The notes: generated by a model not told the origin, from the sequence alone. Counted from the first letter of the stretch, positions 20,582 to 28,643 are shown. The stretch: 42,341 nucleotides of DNA from Chthoniobacteraceae bacterium (GCA_031409335.1 JANNWY010000228.1:1-42341); one strand, 5' to 3'. Program-made: numbers and translations.

Positions 20582-20875
20582 GTTTCCAGAGTAGCTGACA
20601 CGCTCTCCAAGCCGATTTACACGGTGTCCAAGGCGATTGGCGGGATGTCCAAGCCGTCTGTCGCGATGGTGTTGGCGAATTTTGCACTATCCAAGGCGGG
20701 TGGCGCGGTGTCCAAGCCGTCTGTCCGGCTCTCCAAGGCGTCTGACGCGCTCTCCAAGCCTGCTCGCACGCTGTCAAAGGTTTTTTCGCGCTGTCCACGC
20801 CGGTTTTACCTGCTATCCAACGGCACTGTCGGATTGTCCAAGGCGGGCGTCGGGGTGGCCAACGGCCTTTTCATG
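20582..20875. repeat. Degenerate tandem array, 14 units of 21 bp with TCCAAG core
   Basis: Core at 20585, 20606, 20627, 20648, (20669 degenerate), 20690, 20711, 20732, 20753, 20774, 20794, 20816, 20837, 20858. Confidence 0.88.
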
Positions 20876-20940
20876 GGAGTGGATTCCGGATTGCGCCGAT
20901 CCCGCGCTGCCGGTCGCAATCTCACCGCTGAAGTCTGTTC

Positions 20941-21117
20941 CGCGTCGGTATCGCCTCGACGAATCGCGAAGCCGCCGCCGACCACGCAGATGGTGCCGAA
21001 GATAAACCCAATGAGCATGACGATGCCCATCGCTTTGCTTGCGCCTTCGGCGAGACCGCCGGCGGCTTGCGCGAGGATCGGCGGCGCGCGCAGTGAAATG
21101 AGGAGTGATGTATTCAT
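20941..21117 (-). pseudogene. Truncated VirB2/TrbC-like pilin
   Basis: Leader ending ILAQ, then a Gly-rich hydrophobic helix (GIVMLIGFIFGTICVVGGGFAI) and RRGD loop; the expected second TM helix is missing and the ORF runs into the 21-bp array. Confidence 0.5.
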
Positions 21118-21150
21118 GCGTCCGTTTTTAGCGGACGCAGACGCGCGCAA

Positions 21151-21166
21151 GCTCCCGTTCGGGAGC
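21151..21166. promoter_or_regulatory. Palindromic operator GCTCCC-N4-GGGAGC (copy 1)
   Basis: GCTCCCGTTCGGGAGC between the divergent pilin-like and ClpB-like genes. Confidence 0.65.
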
Positions 21167-21200
21167 CAAGTGAATGCACTCCCGAATTACGCTGCGCCGC

Positions 21201-22331
21201 ATGAACGCATCATCGGACACGGATCTTCACGCAAACAAACTTCGCGAGCTTCTGCCCTTTCTGCGCGGTTGCATTCGCGGTCAGGATCACGCGTTGCCTC
21301 GTATCGCATCGCTCCTGCAACGCGGTGAGCTTGGTTTGTCGAAACGCTCGCGCCCGCGCGGCAGCTTTCTCTTTCTCGGGCCGACGGGCGTAGGCAAAAC
21401 GCAAGTCACCATCGCGTTCACCGAATTTCTCATGGGAGCGGATCACCTGTTCCGTTTTGATATGTCGGAGTATCAAACGCAGGACAGCATCGGCGTGCTG
21501 CTTGGCGGCAAGCTCGGCGAGCGTGGCACGCTTGCGCTCGCGCGTGACCGGCATGACTGCGGCACGTTGCTTTGCGACGAAATCGAGAAGGCGCATCCGC
21601 GCGTGCTCGACATCTTTCTGCAAATTCTCGACGCCGCGCGGGTGACGATGGCGAATGGCGAGACGCTGGATTTGAGCGGCTTCTACATCGTCTTCACTTC
21701 GAATATCGCCGCTGCGGAAATGCTGGAACTCCAACATTCCAGTTTCGCCACGATGGAGCGCCACGTCCTCGCCCGCGCGCAACAAACGATGCGCCCGGAA
21801 CTATTCGCGCGCATCAATGAAAAGCTGGTTTTCCAACGCCTCAGCTACGACGTGCAGCTCGAAATCGCGCGGCTCTTGCTCGATGCAGAATTGGAATTTC
21901 TGCGCGCAGCGGGTCACACGTTGAGCGTGGATGAATCCGTGCTGCCGTTCCTCGTGCAAAGTGGCTAACACCCGCGTCTCGGCGCACGTCCGATGCGCGA
22001 TGCGGTGGAAAAATTGATCGGAGACGCGGTGGCCGCGCAGCTTATGGCAGGCGGCACCGCCAGCGGCCGACGGGTGTGATTGAAAGTGGGATCGGCGCGC
22101 GCCGGACGCCAAGTGGCTCCTGCGGCCCCCCGCAGGAATCCAACAACGCGCGCAGCGCCCACTTCCCCGGTGCGCGTCCATGCGAGAGAGGCGCTCCGCG
22201 CGCGCGGGGATTCATGCGGGGGCCGCATGAGCCACAGGCCGCCGCGCGCTGGCGCCACTTTCAATCACACCCGCGGGCGACTCAAATTTGATGAGCAAAG
22301 CCGGGCGCTGCTAATCGCCGCTGGCGCGTGA
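21201..22331 (+). pseudogene. Stand-alone ClpB/ClpA D2-type AAA+ ATPase, disrupted by a nonsense codon and a MITE
   Basis: IRGQDHA, FLGPTGVGKT, RFDMSEYQ, DEIEKAH, FTSN, RPELFARI; TAA at 21966-21968 where G[Y]HPRLGARPMR continues in frame; original C-terminus resumes after 22281. Confidence 0.85.
22072..22272. mobile_element. 201-bp MITE with 18-bp terminal inverted repeats and 9-bp target duplication
   Basis: GGGTGTGATTGAAAGTGG...CCACTTTCAATCACACCC; flanks GCGGCCGAC (22063-22071) and GCGGGCGAC (22273-22281); interior is largely self-complementary. Confidence 0.88.
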
Positions 22332-23204
22332 AGATTTAACTACGGTGCTGAGGACGGCATTGCTCGCAGCATCACTTTCCATCCAAGCGTAAGCCTCGGC
22401 CATCAGCGTTCGTAGAAACATCAAACGGTTCTGCTGCCGCTGTCCTTTCGGAGAATCGAGCGCGGTGAGCCAACGTTGCCATTTGAGGGAATCGGTGCTC
22501 GCGGCGAGTCCCGCTAGCGCGCTCAGTGCCTCCTCGGGAAAGACTTTGCTTTCGCCCAGGACGAGCGCGTGTCCGCGCCACCGCACTCGCGAGACGACGA
22601 GCACGCGGCTGGCTCGTCCGGTGAGGACGGCGCGGAAGGTCGTGAGAAAAATCCGCGCGGTCGGCCCGCGCAGCGCGAACTCGGTTAGCGATTGCCAGCA
22701 CCAGCGCCACGAAAGCTGCCGGCCTTTGCGCCGCGTCTCGCGCAAGTAACGCCCAGGGCGGTCGAACGCTTTCATCGTGCCCTTCGCTTCGCAAAGCAGC
22801 ACGCCGTCGCGGTCGAGTTGGCGTGCGGCAAGATCGAGGCCGGTGCGCGTGTAGGCGAGGTCGTTGCCAAACACCGCTTCCAAGTTCGGCTGCGATTGCA
22901 TCCAGCGGATCGCGCCGAGCACGCCGCCATCCTCGATGGAATGCACCCGCGCCGCGCCGCCTAAAAATTCGACGGGCTTTTCACCCCGCATGTCCGCAAG
23001 CAATCCGCCGAAATCAAAATGGCCCGACGTGCCCTTGAGAAGCCCTCCCCAAGCCTGATCCAGTGTGGATGCTTGAAAAAACAAATGCTCCAAGGGGTTC
23101 AACTTTTCCAATACGCGATACGCGCTGCGCACTTCCTTTTGCAACGGCGCGCGTGCTCCTGCTGGCAACAATTTGAGGAGCTGCAGGAGGTCAATCGCGC
23201 TCAC
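22311..23204 (-). CDS. Hypothetical protein with PD-(D/E)xK nuclease-like motif
   Basis: IED...TGLDLAAR...VLLCEAKG motif spacing typical of restriction-endonuclease folds. Confidence 0.55.
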   Translation of the reverse strand: MSAIDLLQLLKLLPAGARAPLQKEVRSAYRVLEKLNPLEHLFFQASTLDQAWGGLLKGTSGHFDFGGLLADMRGEKPVEFLGGAARVHSIEDGGVLGAIRWMQSQPNLEAVFGNDLAYTRTGLDLAARQLDRDGVLLCEAKGTMKAFDRPGRYLRETRRKGRQLSWRWCWQSLTEFALRGPTARIFLTTFRAVLTGRASRVLVVSRVRWRGHALVLGESKVFPEEALSALAGLAASTDSLKWQRWLTALDSPKGQRQQNRLMFLRTLMAEAYAWMESDAASNAVLSTVVKSSRASGD

Positions 23205-23215
23205 AGCAAAGCGCC

Positions 23216-23437
23216 TTACAGGAGTTTGATCTTGTGACCTTCGCGCTCCATCGCACGGATACTCGCCCGCAATAAAACGAGTGTGTGGTGATTTACTCCC
23301 TTGGCGGAAATATAAATGTGCGTGCCGGGCGCGGGGGCGAGGTCTTGGAGTGCGAGGTCAACGCCTTCGTGCCGGGCTTTCTGCCACTCGCGGGGCGGGC
23401 GAGCTTCGGCGGGGATGATGGGCTGCGGTTCGGTCAC
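23216..23437 (-). CDS. Small hypothetical protein (73 aa)
   Basis: Fits the minus-strand gene run between 23510 and 23204; plausible codon usage. Confidence 0.5.
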   Translation of the reverse strand: MTEPQPIIPAEARPPREWQKARHEGVDLALQDLAPAPGTHIYISAKGVNHHTLVLLRASIRAMEREGHKIKLL

Positions 23438-23509
23438 GGTGAAAGCAGGTCATACACTCTCGTGGGAGCGAAAGCCAAGGCGTCGCACCAAGACGACCCG
23501 CGAACATCG

Positions 23510-24031
23510 TCAGTCGTCGTCGATGCGTGAAAGTTCCGCCGCGCGTTCCGTCGCGATGCGCCGCGCATATTGCGTGGCCGAATGAGCGAGTCTGCACAGT
23601 TCATCGGTGCCGATGGAGAGCGGCGGATAAAGCACGTCTTCGCCCTCCGGCGTCTCGGCGCTGGCACTTTCCCAACGCTCGAATTCGCCCGATTGCCGGA
23701 GCACCTTTCGCTTCTGGTCTTCGGTCAACGCGCCGACCATCTGTGCATGGAAAATGACGATGACGGCATCGCCCAACTCGCAGTCGAGTCCGCCGCACAG
23801 GTCGGAAAGATTGACCAAGTGCCAGCCGTTCCAAAGCGACCAGATGAAGCGCCGCAGTCGCGTGCCGCCGGTGCTCCAATGACGCGCGAGCGCACGGGTG
23901 ATGGTTTCAAGTGCTGATTGCAGTTCGTCTGACGGAATGGAGTCGCGACGTTTTTGGACTGCGTTCATGTGACGGGTGAGTTCGTCGAGCGCCGACTGTT
24001 GTTCCTGTTCGGTAGGTTCGTGGAGTTCCAT
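23510..24031 (-). CDS. Mobile-element hypothetical protein (DUF7673-like)
   Basis: TGGTRLRRFIWSLWNG...NLSDLCGGLD motif; ATG start with operator upstream. Confidence 0.65.
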   Translation of the reverse strand: MELHEPTEQEQQSALDELTRHMNAVQKRRDSIPSDELQSALETITRALARHWSTGGTRLRRFIWSLWNGWHLVNLSDLCGGLDCELGDAVIVIFHAQMVGALTEDQKRKVLRQSGEFERWESASAETPEGEDVLYPPLSIGTDELCRLAHSATQYARRIATERAAELSRIDDD

Positions 24032-24081
24032 AAAGTGTGGTTGGGGAGTGAAAGCAGCCTAATGACCTGCGCGGATGGTTG

Positions 24082-24097
24082 GCTCCCGAACGGGAGC
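24082..24097. promoter_or_regulatory. Palindromic operator GCTCCC-N4-GGGAGC (copy 2)
   Basis: GCTCCCGAACGGGAGC, exact reverse complement of copy 1, about 50 bp upstream of ATG 24031. Confidence 0.65.
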
Positions 24098-24128
24098 AAT
24101 CTGACTGCGGCGCAAAAAAGCTGTGGAT

Positions 24129-24329
24129 TCAGAAATTCGTCACCATGCGCTCGATTCGCATGATGGCCGGAGCAACGAGCTTCTTTGCGTTGAGCGGGCC
24201 GCTGGTGAACCAGCAGCGGTCGCCGTGCAAATCCATCCAGACGACCTTAACGGTGCCAAGGCTGGTGCGGATGGTGGCGCGAAGCGGTTGCTCGTGCCGG
24301 TCGAAAACGATGGATGAAATTCGGGCCAT
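24129..24329 (-). CDS. Small hypothetical protein (66 aa)
   Basis: ATG preceded by the same leader repeat as the DUF932 gene. Confidence 0.6.
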   Translation of the reverse strand: MARISSIVFDRHEQPLRATIRTSLGTVKVVWMDLHGDRCWFTSGPLNAKKLVAPAIMRIERMVTNF

Positions 24330-24338
24330 GTTGAGAAG

Positions 24339-24366
24339 TGCCGTTCAACGAGTGGCTCCCTCGGTT
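24339..24366 (-). repeat. Conserved upstream leader repeat (copy 1)
   Basis: TGCCGTTCAACGAGTGGCTCCCTCGGTT, 26/28 identical to 25196-25223. Confidence 0.85.
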
Positions 24367-24437
24367 GAGATTCGTGCGTGAGACTGCCACCGGAAAAAGC
24401 CGCCGCCCTTCGCAGGGCGACGGCTCCCCGGAGTAGA

Positions 24438-25187
24438 TCAGCTTTGGCTGAACAACCCGACTTCCCCATCGAGCAAGCCGTGGAGAGCCTGCGTCCGTTG
24501 TGGAAGCGTCCACAGCCCGCTGTCCTTTGCGGCCTCCGTCACCGCGTTAAAGAACCGCCATGCCGAGCGGCCATCGACGGCGAACTCGGGATGCCGTGGG
24601 GTCCTCCACTCCTGCAAGATCGCGGGAACTTGCGTCACCGTGATCGCGCGATTGTCGAGCGCGCGAATCACGAGGTCATGCGCCTGCGCATCCGTCAGTT
24701 CGTGCCGACGGTAGGCATTGATCCGTTCCGCCTGCTCATGCCAGCGATCGCCGAGTTGACCCACCGCGCCGGACACCAAACCCGGCAGGTCACGCACGAT
24801 GTGGCGCGTATGCTTGCGCGCGATCTTGATCTCGCCGGAGAAGGCGAGGTTATCGCACACAAACACTCCCGACCCCACGACCAGCCCGGCGGGAAACCGC
24901 TTGTCGTGGGAATTCCGCAAGCCAAGCACGTAGCAGTAATCGCCCTGCTCATCGCCATTGACGATTTGGAGTAGGCCGAAGTAGCGAGCCGCATCGGCGC
25001 TCATGCCGTGGGCCTCGTTGACGATCCGCATGTTCGCGCGGTTCAATGCGCCTTCCACTTCCGCGACGAGCGTCGCGTGCGGGATGGGGCACCAGGTGTT
25101 GTCTCCTTCAGGTGTGCAGGCTTTGGCGAGTTGCTCACGTCCGATTTTGGACGCGCCGCAGTGGAGGATTAGGTTCGATTGGTTCAT
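24438..25187 (-). CDS. DUF932 family protein
   Basis: PIPH, GLRNSHDKRF, G..VFVCDNLAFSG, KHT, AWRFFNAVTE motifs. Confidence 0.85.
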   Translation of the reverse strand: MNQSNLILHCGASKIGREQLAKACTPEGDNTWCPIPHATLVAEVEGALNRANMRIVNEAHGMSADAARYFGLLQIVNGDEQGDYCYVLGLRNSHDKRFPAGLVVGSGVFVCDNLAFSGEIKIARKHTRHIVRDLPGLVSGAVGQLGDRWHEQAERINAYRRHELTDAQAHDLVIRALDNRAITVTQVPAILQEWRTPRHPEFAVDGRSAWRFFNAVTEAAKDSGLWTLPQRTQALHGLLDGEVGLFSQS

Positions 25188-25195
25188 TTTGAAAA

Positions 25196-25223
25196 TGCCG
25201 TTTAACGAGTGGCGCCCTCGGTT
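25196..25223 (-). repeat. Conserved upstream leader repeat (copy 2)
   Basis: TGCCGTTTAACGAGTGGCGCCCTCGGTT, 8 bp upstream of the DUF932 ATG. Confidence 0.85.
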
Positions 25224-25340
25224 AGTTGTTACGGCTTTACATATAGGTTACTAGATACGTTATTTCAAGGAAAAGATGCGGTTTCGTGAAGAAACTTTCC
25301 GCTGGAAACAGACCGCCGTCGCTCGTATCTAGTGATGCTA

Positions 25341-25607
25341 ATGGCTCGCTCTCCACGCACAAACTCCGAACCGAAAAAACGCGGTCCAGGCCGACCGAAG
25401 ATCTCGAAACTCACACCCGCCGAACAGGCGCGGGAGCGCGTGCGTCGTCATCGCGAAAAGAAGCGCGAGGGGGGACGAGTCGCCGTCGAGCTTTGGATCA
25501 AAACCGAATGGCGCGATGCCATTCTCGCCAGTGGTATAACTCTCCAGGAATCCGCCGATGCCGCGTTTGCCCTGCTCATGGCCAAGCAGCGCCGGAAGTC
25601 CCGGTAG
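25341..25607 (+). CDS. Small basic putative DNA-binding regulator
   Basis: KKRGPGRPK, TPAEQARERVRRHREKKREGG.VAVELWI pattern (RHH/CopG-like); divergent from the DUF932 cluster across an AT-rich spacer. Confidence 0.6.
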   Translation: MARSPRTNSEPKKRGPGRPKISKLTPAEQARERVRRHREKKREGGRVAVELWIKTEWRDAILASGITLQESADAAFALLMAKQRRKSR

Positions 25608-25977
25608 CTATCCGCATCAGCGCAGCACAGGCGCAGCGCCGAGCAGCAAGGGACACCTTTCGCTCTCTTTCCCTAGCCCGCGCGGCAATGAGCGCAGGGC
25701 GAGCGCCAGCGAGGAGGCACCTACCCAACTTGGCCGCCGCGAAGCCTCCCCGGAATTCCCACGGAGGCTGAGCAAGGATCAACAAACATCCGCCGGGCGG
25801 GGGTTCGCACGAAGCGTGACGGTTCCTCCGGCGCGCTTCGTGAAACGAGGGCGCGGCCCGGAGGATCGAACGATGATCTGCGCCGCCCACAACGCAGCGT
25901 CAGGCCGTTCGCGTAGCGCAGCGCGGAGCGAGTAGGCCGGGAGCGGAGTGAGGACGGCGCAGTTCATCCCACGGCCT

Positions 25978-26069
25978 ACAAACTTGGGAGTCTGTGCCTT
26001 GGGCGTGCGTCTGCCGCCCTTGGCACAGTCTCCCGCGGCGCAGCCGCATCAGGAGGCGTTGCGGAACCT
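25978..26069. repeat. ~92-bp structured repeat containing hairpin motif copy B
   Basis: ACAAACTTGGGAGTCTGTGCC...GGCACAGTCTCCC...TCAGGAGGCGTTGCGGAACCT. Confidence 0.88.
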
Positions 26070-26519
26070 CGCGAGTCGTTCGCGCGCACGGCGCGGGTTT
26101 CTCTTGTCGCATTCATCGGAATGCCGCCTCGCCGTTCGCTCTCGATGGTGAGGTAATCAACGCCCGTCTCGCGGTTCGTTGCCTTGGTGCCAGCTGCTGT
26201 AATGCGGTGCAGAAAAGCAAGCCGCGTAGGTTCGTCCACATCGCGCCATTCGGGACGAACGCGCAGTTTCAATAGCCAACCCTTCCGCACGAGCATTCCC
26301 CAGCCCAAGGGAATCTAGTGTGGCTCCACGACCTTGCGGCTCATGTTTTTTGCGCGACTCAGATTTCAGCCGGCTGGCGCTTCCGTGGCAGGTCGGCGGG
26401 CATCGAATTCGTCGCGATGATCTGCGCCGATCGGAAGGCAGCGCCCGGCTTCCGCGCGGAATCACGGGTGGAAGGGCGGGAGCGCCGAAAGGTTGGCGCA
26501 GATGATCGCCGCCTGCCCC

Positions 26520-26612
26520 ACAAACTAGGGAGTCTGTGCCGTGGGCGCGCGAAGCCGGTGGGAGGCACAGTCTCCCACGGCGCAAGCCGCGTCAGGAGGC
26601 GTTGCGGAACCT
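26520..26612. repeat. ~93-bp structured repeat containing hairpin motif copy C
   Basis: ACAAACTAGGGAGTCTGTGCC...GGCACAGTCTCCC...TCAGGAGGCGTTGCGGAACCT; direct repeat of 25978-26069. Confidence 0.88.
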
Positions 26613-26723
26613 GGGTTCCGCTGTGAGGGGTGCGTCCGAGACGCGGCGGCTCGGACCAGGGGAGAGCCCTCTCCCCTCAAACGGCTATTCAAGATTTTCA
26701 GCATTCGTCTGAGGATACTGGAG

Positions 26724-28307
26724 TCAAAGAATGGGTAACTGCGTGTGTGATAAGCCGATGCCTTTTTCAAACTGTCTCCAGATTGATTCCAACTCTGTTT
26801 TGGAAAGACGGCCTTTCCACCTGTAGTCGAAGCGAAACGCTCCCCGATTGGAAATCCATTGGCGCACCATGTCGTAGAGCACCAGCGTCGCGAAATAGGT
26901 GTTCACGAACTGCGACCGCTGCGCCCTGGTGCCGAACGTAAGATTCGTGGCATCCACTCCGGTGGTTAAAGACGAGGTAAGAAACGGAGGCATCGACCAT
27001 GAAAGGAGTTCCTGAAATGGGGCCGCTTTGTGTGATTGATCGTCACTGAATGTCAGGAATCTCGCCGGCCAGCAGTAGAAGTGAGGACATTCGACTTTGG
27101 TTTCGAGAAACTCCAAATGCTTCCCCATGTAGAAGCGAATCGGCACGTCCTCCGGCCCGAAATCGCACTTCTCAAATTGCTGCTGTAGTTCAGCCCATCC
27201 CGACATTTTCGCACCACGCGCGAGGCAGTGCCGGCCAACGGTCACGGGGTCCAGCCAGTCGAGCCGCTTGCACAATCGTCGCGATGCTTTGAGGTAGCTT
27301 TTGTAGCCGACGTTCTCGACTTCGCGGACAATCGTTCGGTCCCGTTTCACCTCGCCGCAGAGCCGGAGAAAGCGAATGCCGGGATGCAGGTCGTGGACAA
27401 AATCGCGACTTGGATCAATCGGATCGGGATACCCACTGCTTGGATTCAGCGCGATGTCGCAGAGGAGGAGAAACAAGTTCACCGACCCATCATCAAAGTC
27501 ATCGGGCACCGGAAGCCCCGCGATCTTCAAATACTCATCGAAAGCAACCGTATAGACGCCGCGCAGCCAAGCCTGTCGTCTCGCCTCCTGATAGCTGAGC
27601 GAGCGGTATTGCAGTTCCGCAAATCGAGCCTGCCCTTCCATGATTTCCCGCATCCCGAGCGGCAGTTGAATGAGTTGATCCGGCACGAAGTATTGCCGCT
27701 GAGTCTTCACAAAATCTTCGTAGTAAGGAATCCACTCCACGGCGTTGGGCAGCCCGAGACACTGCGGATCAAGGGTTCTTGCGAGGCCGGACACGGTGCT
27801 GATTTGCGCGAGCAACAGCGAATGCCCGAGCGATTCGTAAAACCGGGGATTTGCCTCCAGGCGGGCGTTGGCATTGGAGGGCGAATAAAGCAAGCCGGCG
27901 GCAAACTCGATTTCACTCCAGCGGGAAACCGCCAGCACCGCTGGATGATCGCTGGCGTAAGAACGGGAAATCGAGTCGGTGAGTGGCTTGGAAACGCTCG
28001 TTCCCGACTCCGACAAGTATAGTGTCGTGGCGAGGGCCTGCACGGGAATGCTCAGGCCGTAAAGCAGTCCAGCAGTGGTGCCGATGTGCTGCCACCAGTG
28101 AACGGTCTCATGGAGGTATGTGCCGAATGCGGAAAACGCCGGTGAGCCGACCGGCTCAAGACTGGCCCCCCTGCCCGCGCTACCCGCATCAAGGAATTTC
28201 GACACCGCTGCATCGAGCGACACAACCGCGCTCATCGGATCGAACTCCCCCATCTTCGCCGTCCGCCGATTGTAGGAGATTTGGCGGAAGTCCCGGTAGT
28301 AATTCAC
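26724..28307 (-). CDS. Putative zincin (HExxH) metallopeptidase
   Basis: YLHETVHWWQH plus downstream IMEGQARF (gluzincin-like third ligand); no signal peptide; exact start uncertain. Confidence 0.65.
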   Translation of the reverse strand: MNYYRDFRQISYNRRTAKMGEFDPMSAVVSLDAAVSKFLDAGSAGRGASLEPVGSPAFSAFGTYLHETVHWWQHIGTTAGLLYGLSIPVQALATTLYLSESGTSVSKPLTDSISRSYASDHPAVLAVSRWSEIEFAAGLLYSPSNANARLEANPRFYESLGHSLLLAQISTVSGLARTLDPQCLGLPNAVEWIPYYEDFVKTQRQYFVPDQLIQLPLGMREIMEGQARFAELQYRSLSYQEARRQAWLRGVYTVAFDEYLKIAGLPVPDDFDDGSVNLFLLLCDIALNPSSGYPDPIDPSRDFVHDLHPGIRFLRLCGEVKRDRTIVREVENVGYKSYLKASRRLCKRLDWLDPVTVGRHCLARGAKMSGWAELQQQFEKCDFGPEDVPIRFYMGKHLEFLETKVECPHFYCWPARFLTFSDDQSHKAAPFQELLSWSMPPFLTSSLTTGVDATNLTFGTRAQRSQFVNTYFATLVLYDMVRQWISNRGAFRFDYRWKGRLSKTELESIWRQFEKGIGLSHTQLPIL

Positions 28308-28334
28308 AAGCGAGAGTGCCGCCCGAAGACGCCG

Positions 28335-28643
28335 CTACTCCAGACAGGCTTGGATTTCCTGCACGTTCTTGCCTTCGAGACGAGTGATGGTCCCGTCAGG
28401 CCGCTCGATCTCAACGCGAACATCCATTCCGTTTGGCCGAGCCTTCTTCGCGAGCCTGATCTGATAGATCGTCAACGCGAGTTGCGCCGCATTGAGCACG
28501 ACGCCGGCAACTGCGATCGCATCGCCAAGGCCGGAGCGAAGGGGCTGGCGTGAGTCCACCTCGAACCCGGAAGTCGGGGCGTGCAGGTGTTGGTGAACTT
28601 CGGGTTCATCAAGTCCGTGGAAAAGAAACGAAATCGTTTTCAT
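28335..28643 (-). CDS. EACC1-like (effector-associated constant component 1) small membrane protein
   Basis: 102 aa; RSGLGDAIAVAGVVLNAAQLALTIYQI hydrophobic hairpin followed by VRVEIERPDGTITRLEG beta hairpin. Confidence 0.6.
   Translation of the reverse strand: MKTISFLFHGLDEPEVHQHLHAPTSGFEVDSRQPLRSGLGDAIAVAGVVLNAAQLALTIYQIRLAKKARPNGMDVRVEIERPDGTITRLEGKNVQEIQACLE

Noticed and set aside
20582..20875. 21-bp array as a CRISPR array or DGR variable region
   Set aside because: Units are too short for repeat-spacer structure and there are no cas genes. No reverse transcriptase or template repeat is present, and adenines in TCCAAG are conserved.
10783..20940. TGTTC at both cargo junctions as transposon ends or target duplication
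   Set aside because: Only 5 bp, in direct orientation, with no longer terminal repeats; compatible with chance.
20435..21328. 297-aa + strand ORF spanning the array
   Set aside because: Overlaps the pilin-like gene antisense and the ClpB-like start and has no recognisable domain; not listed as a CDS, though coding of the array part is not excluded.
25976..26308. Minus-strand ORF between hairpin repeats B and C
   Set aside because: May hide a small gene, but it runs through the structured repeat and has no motif or clear start.
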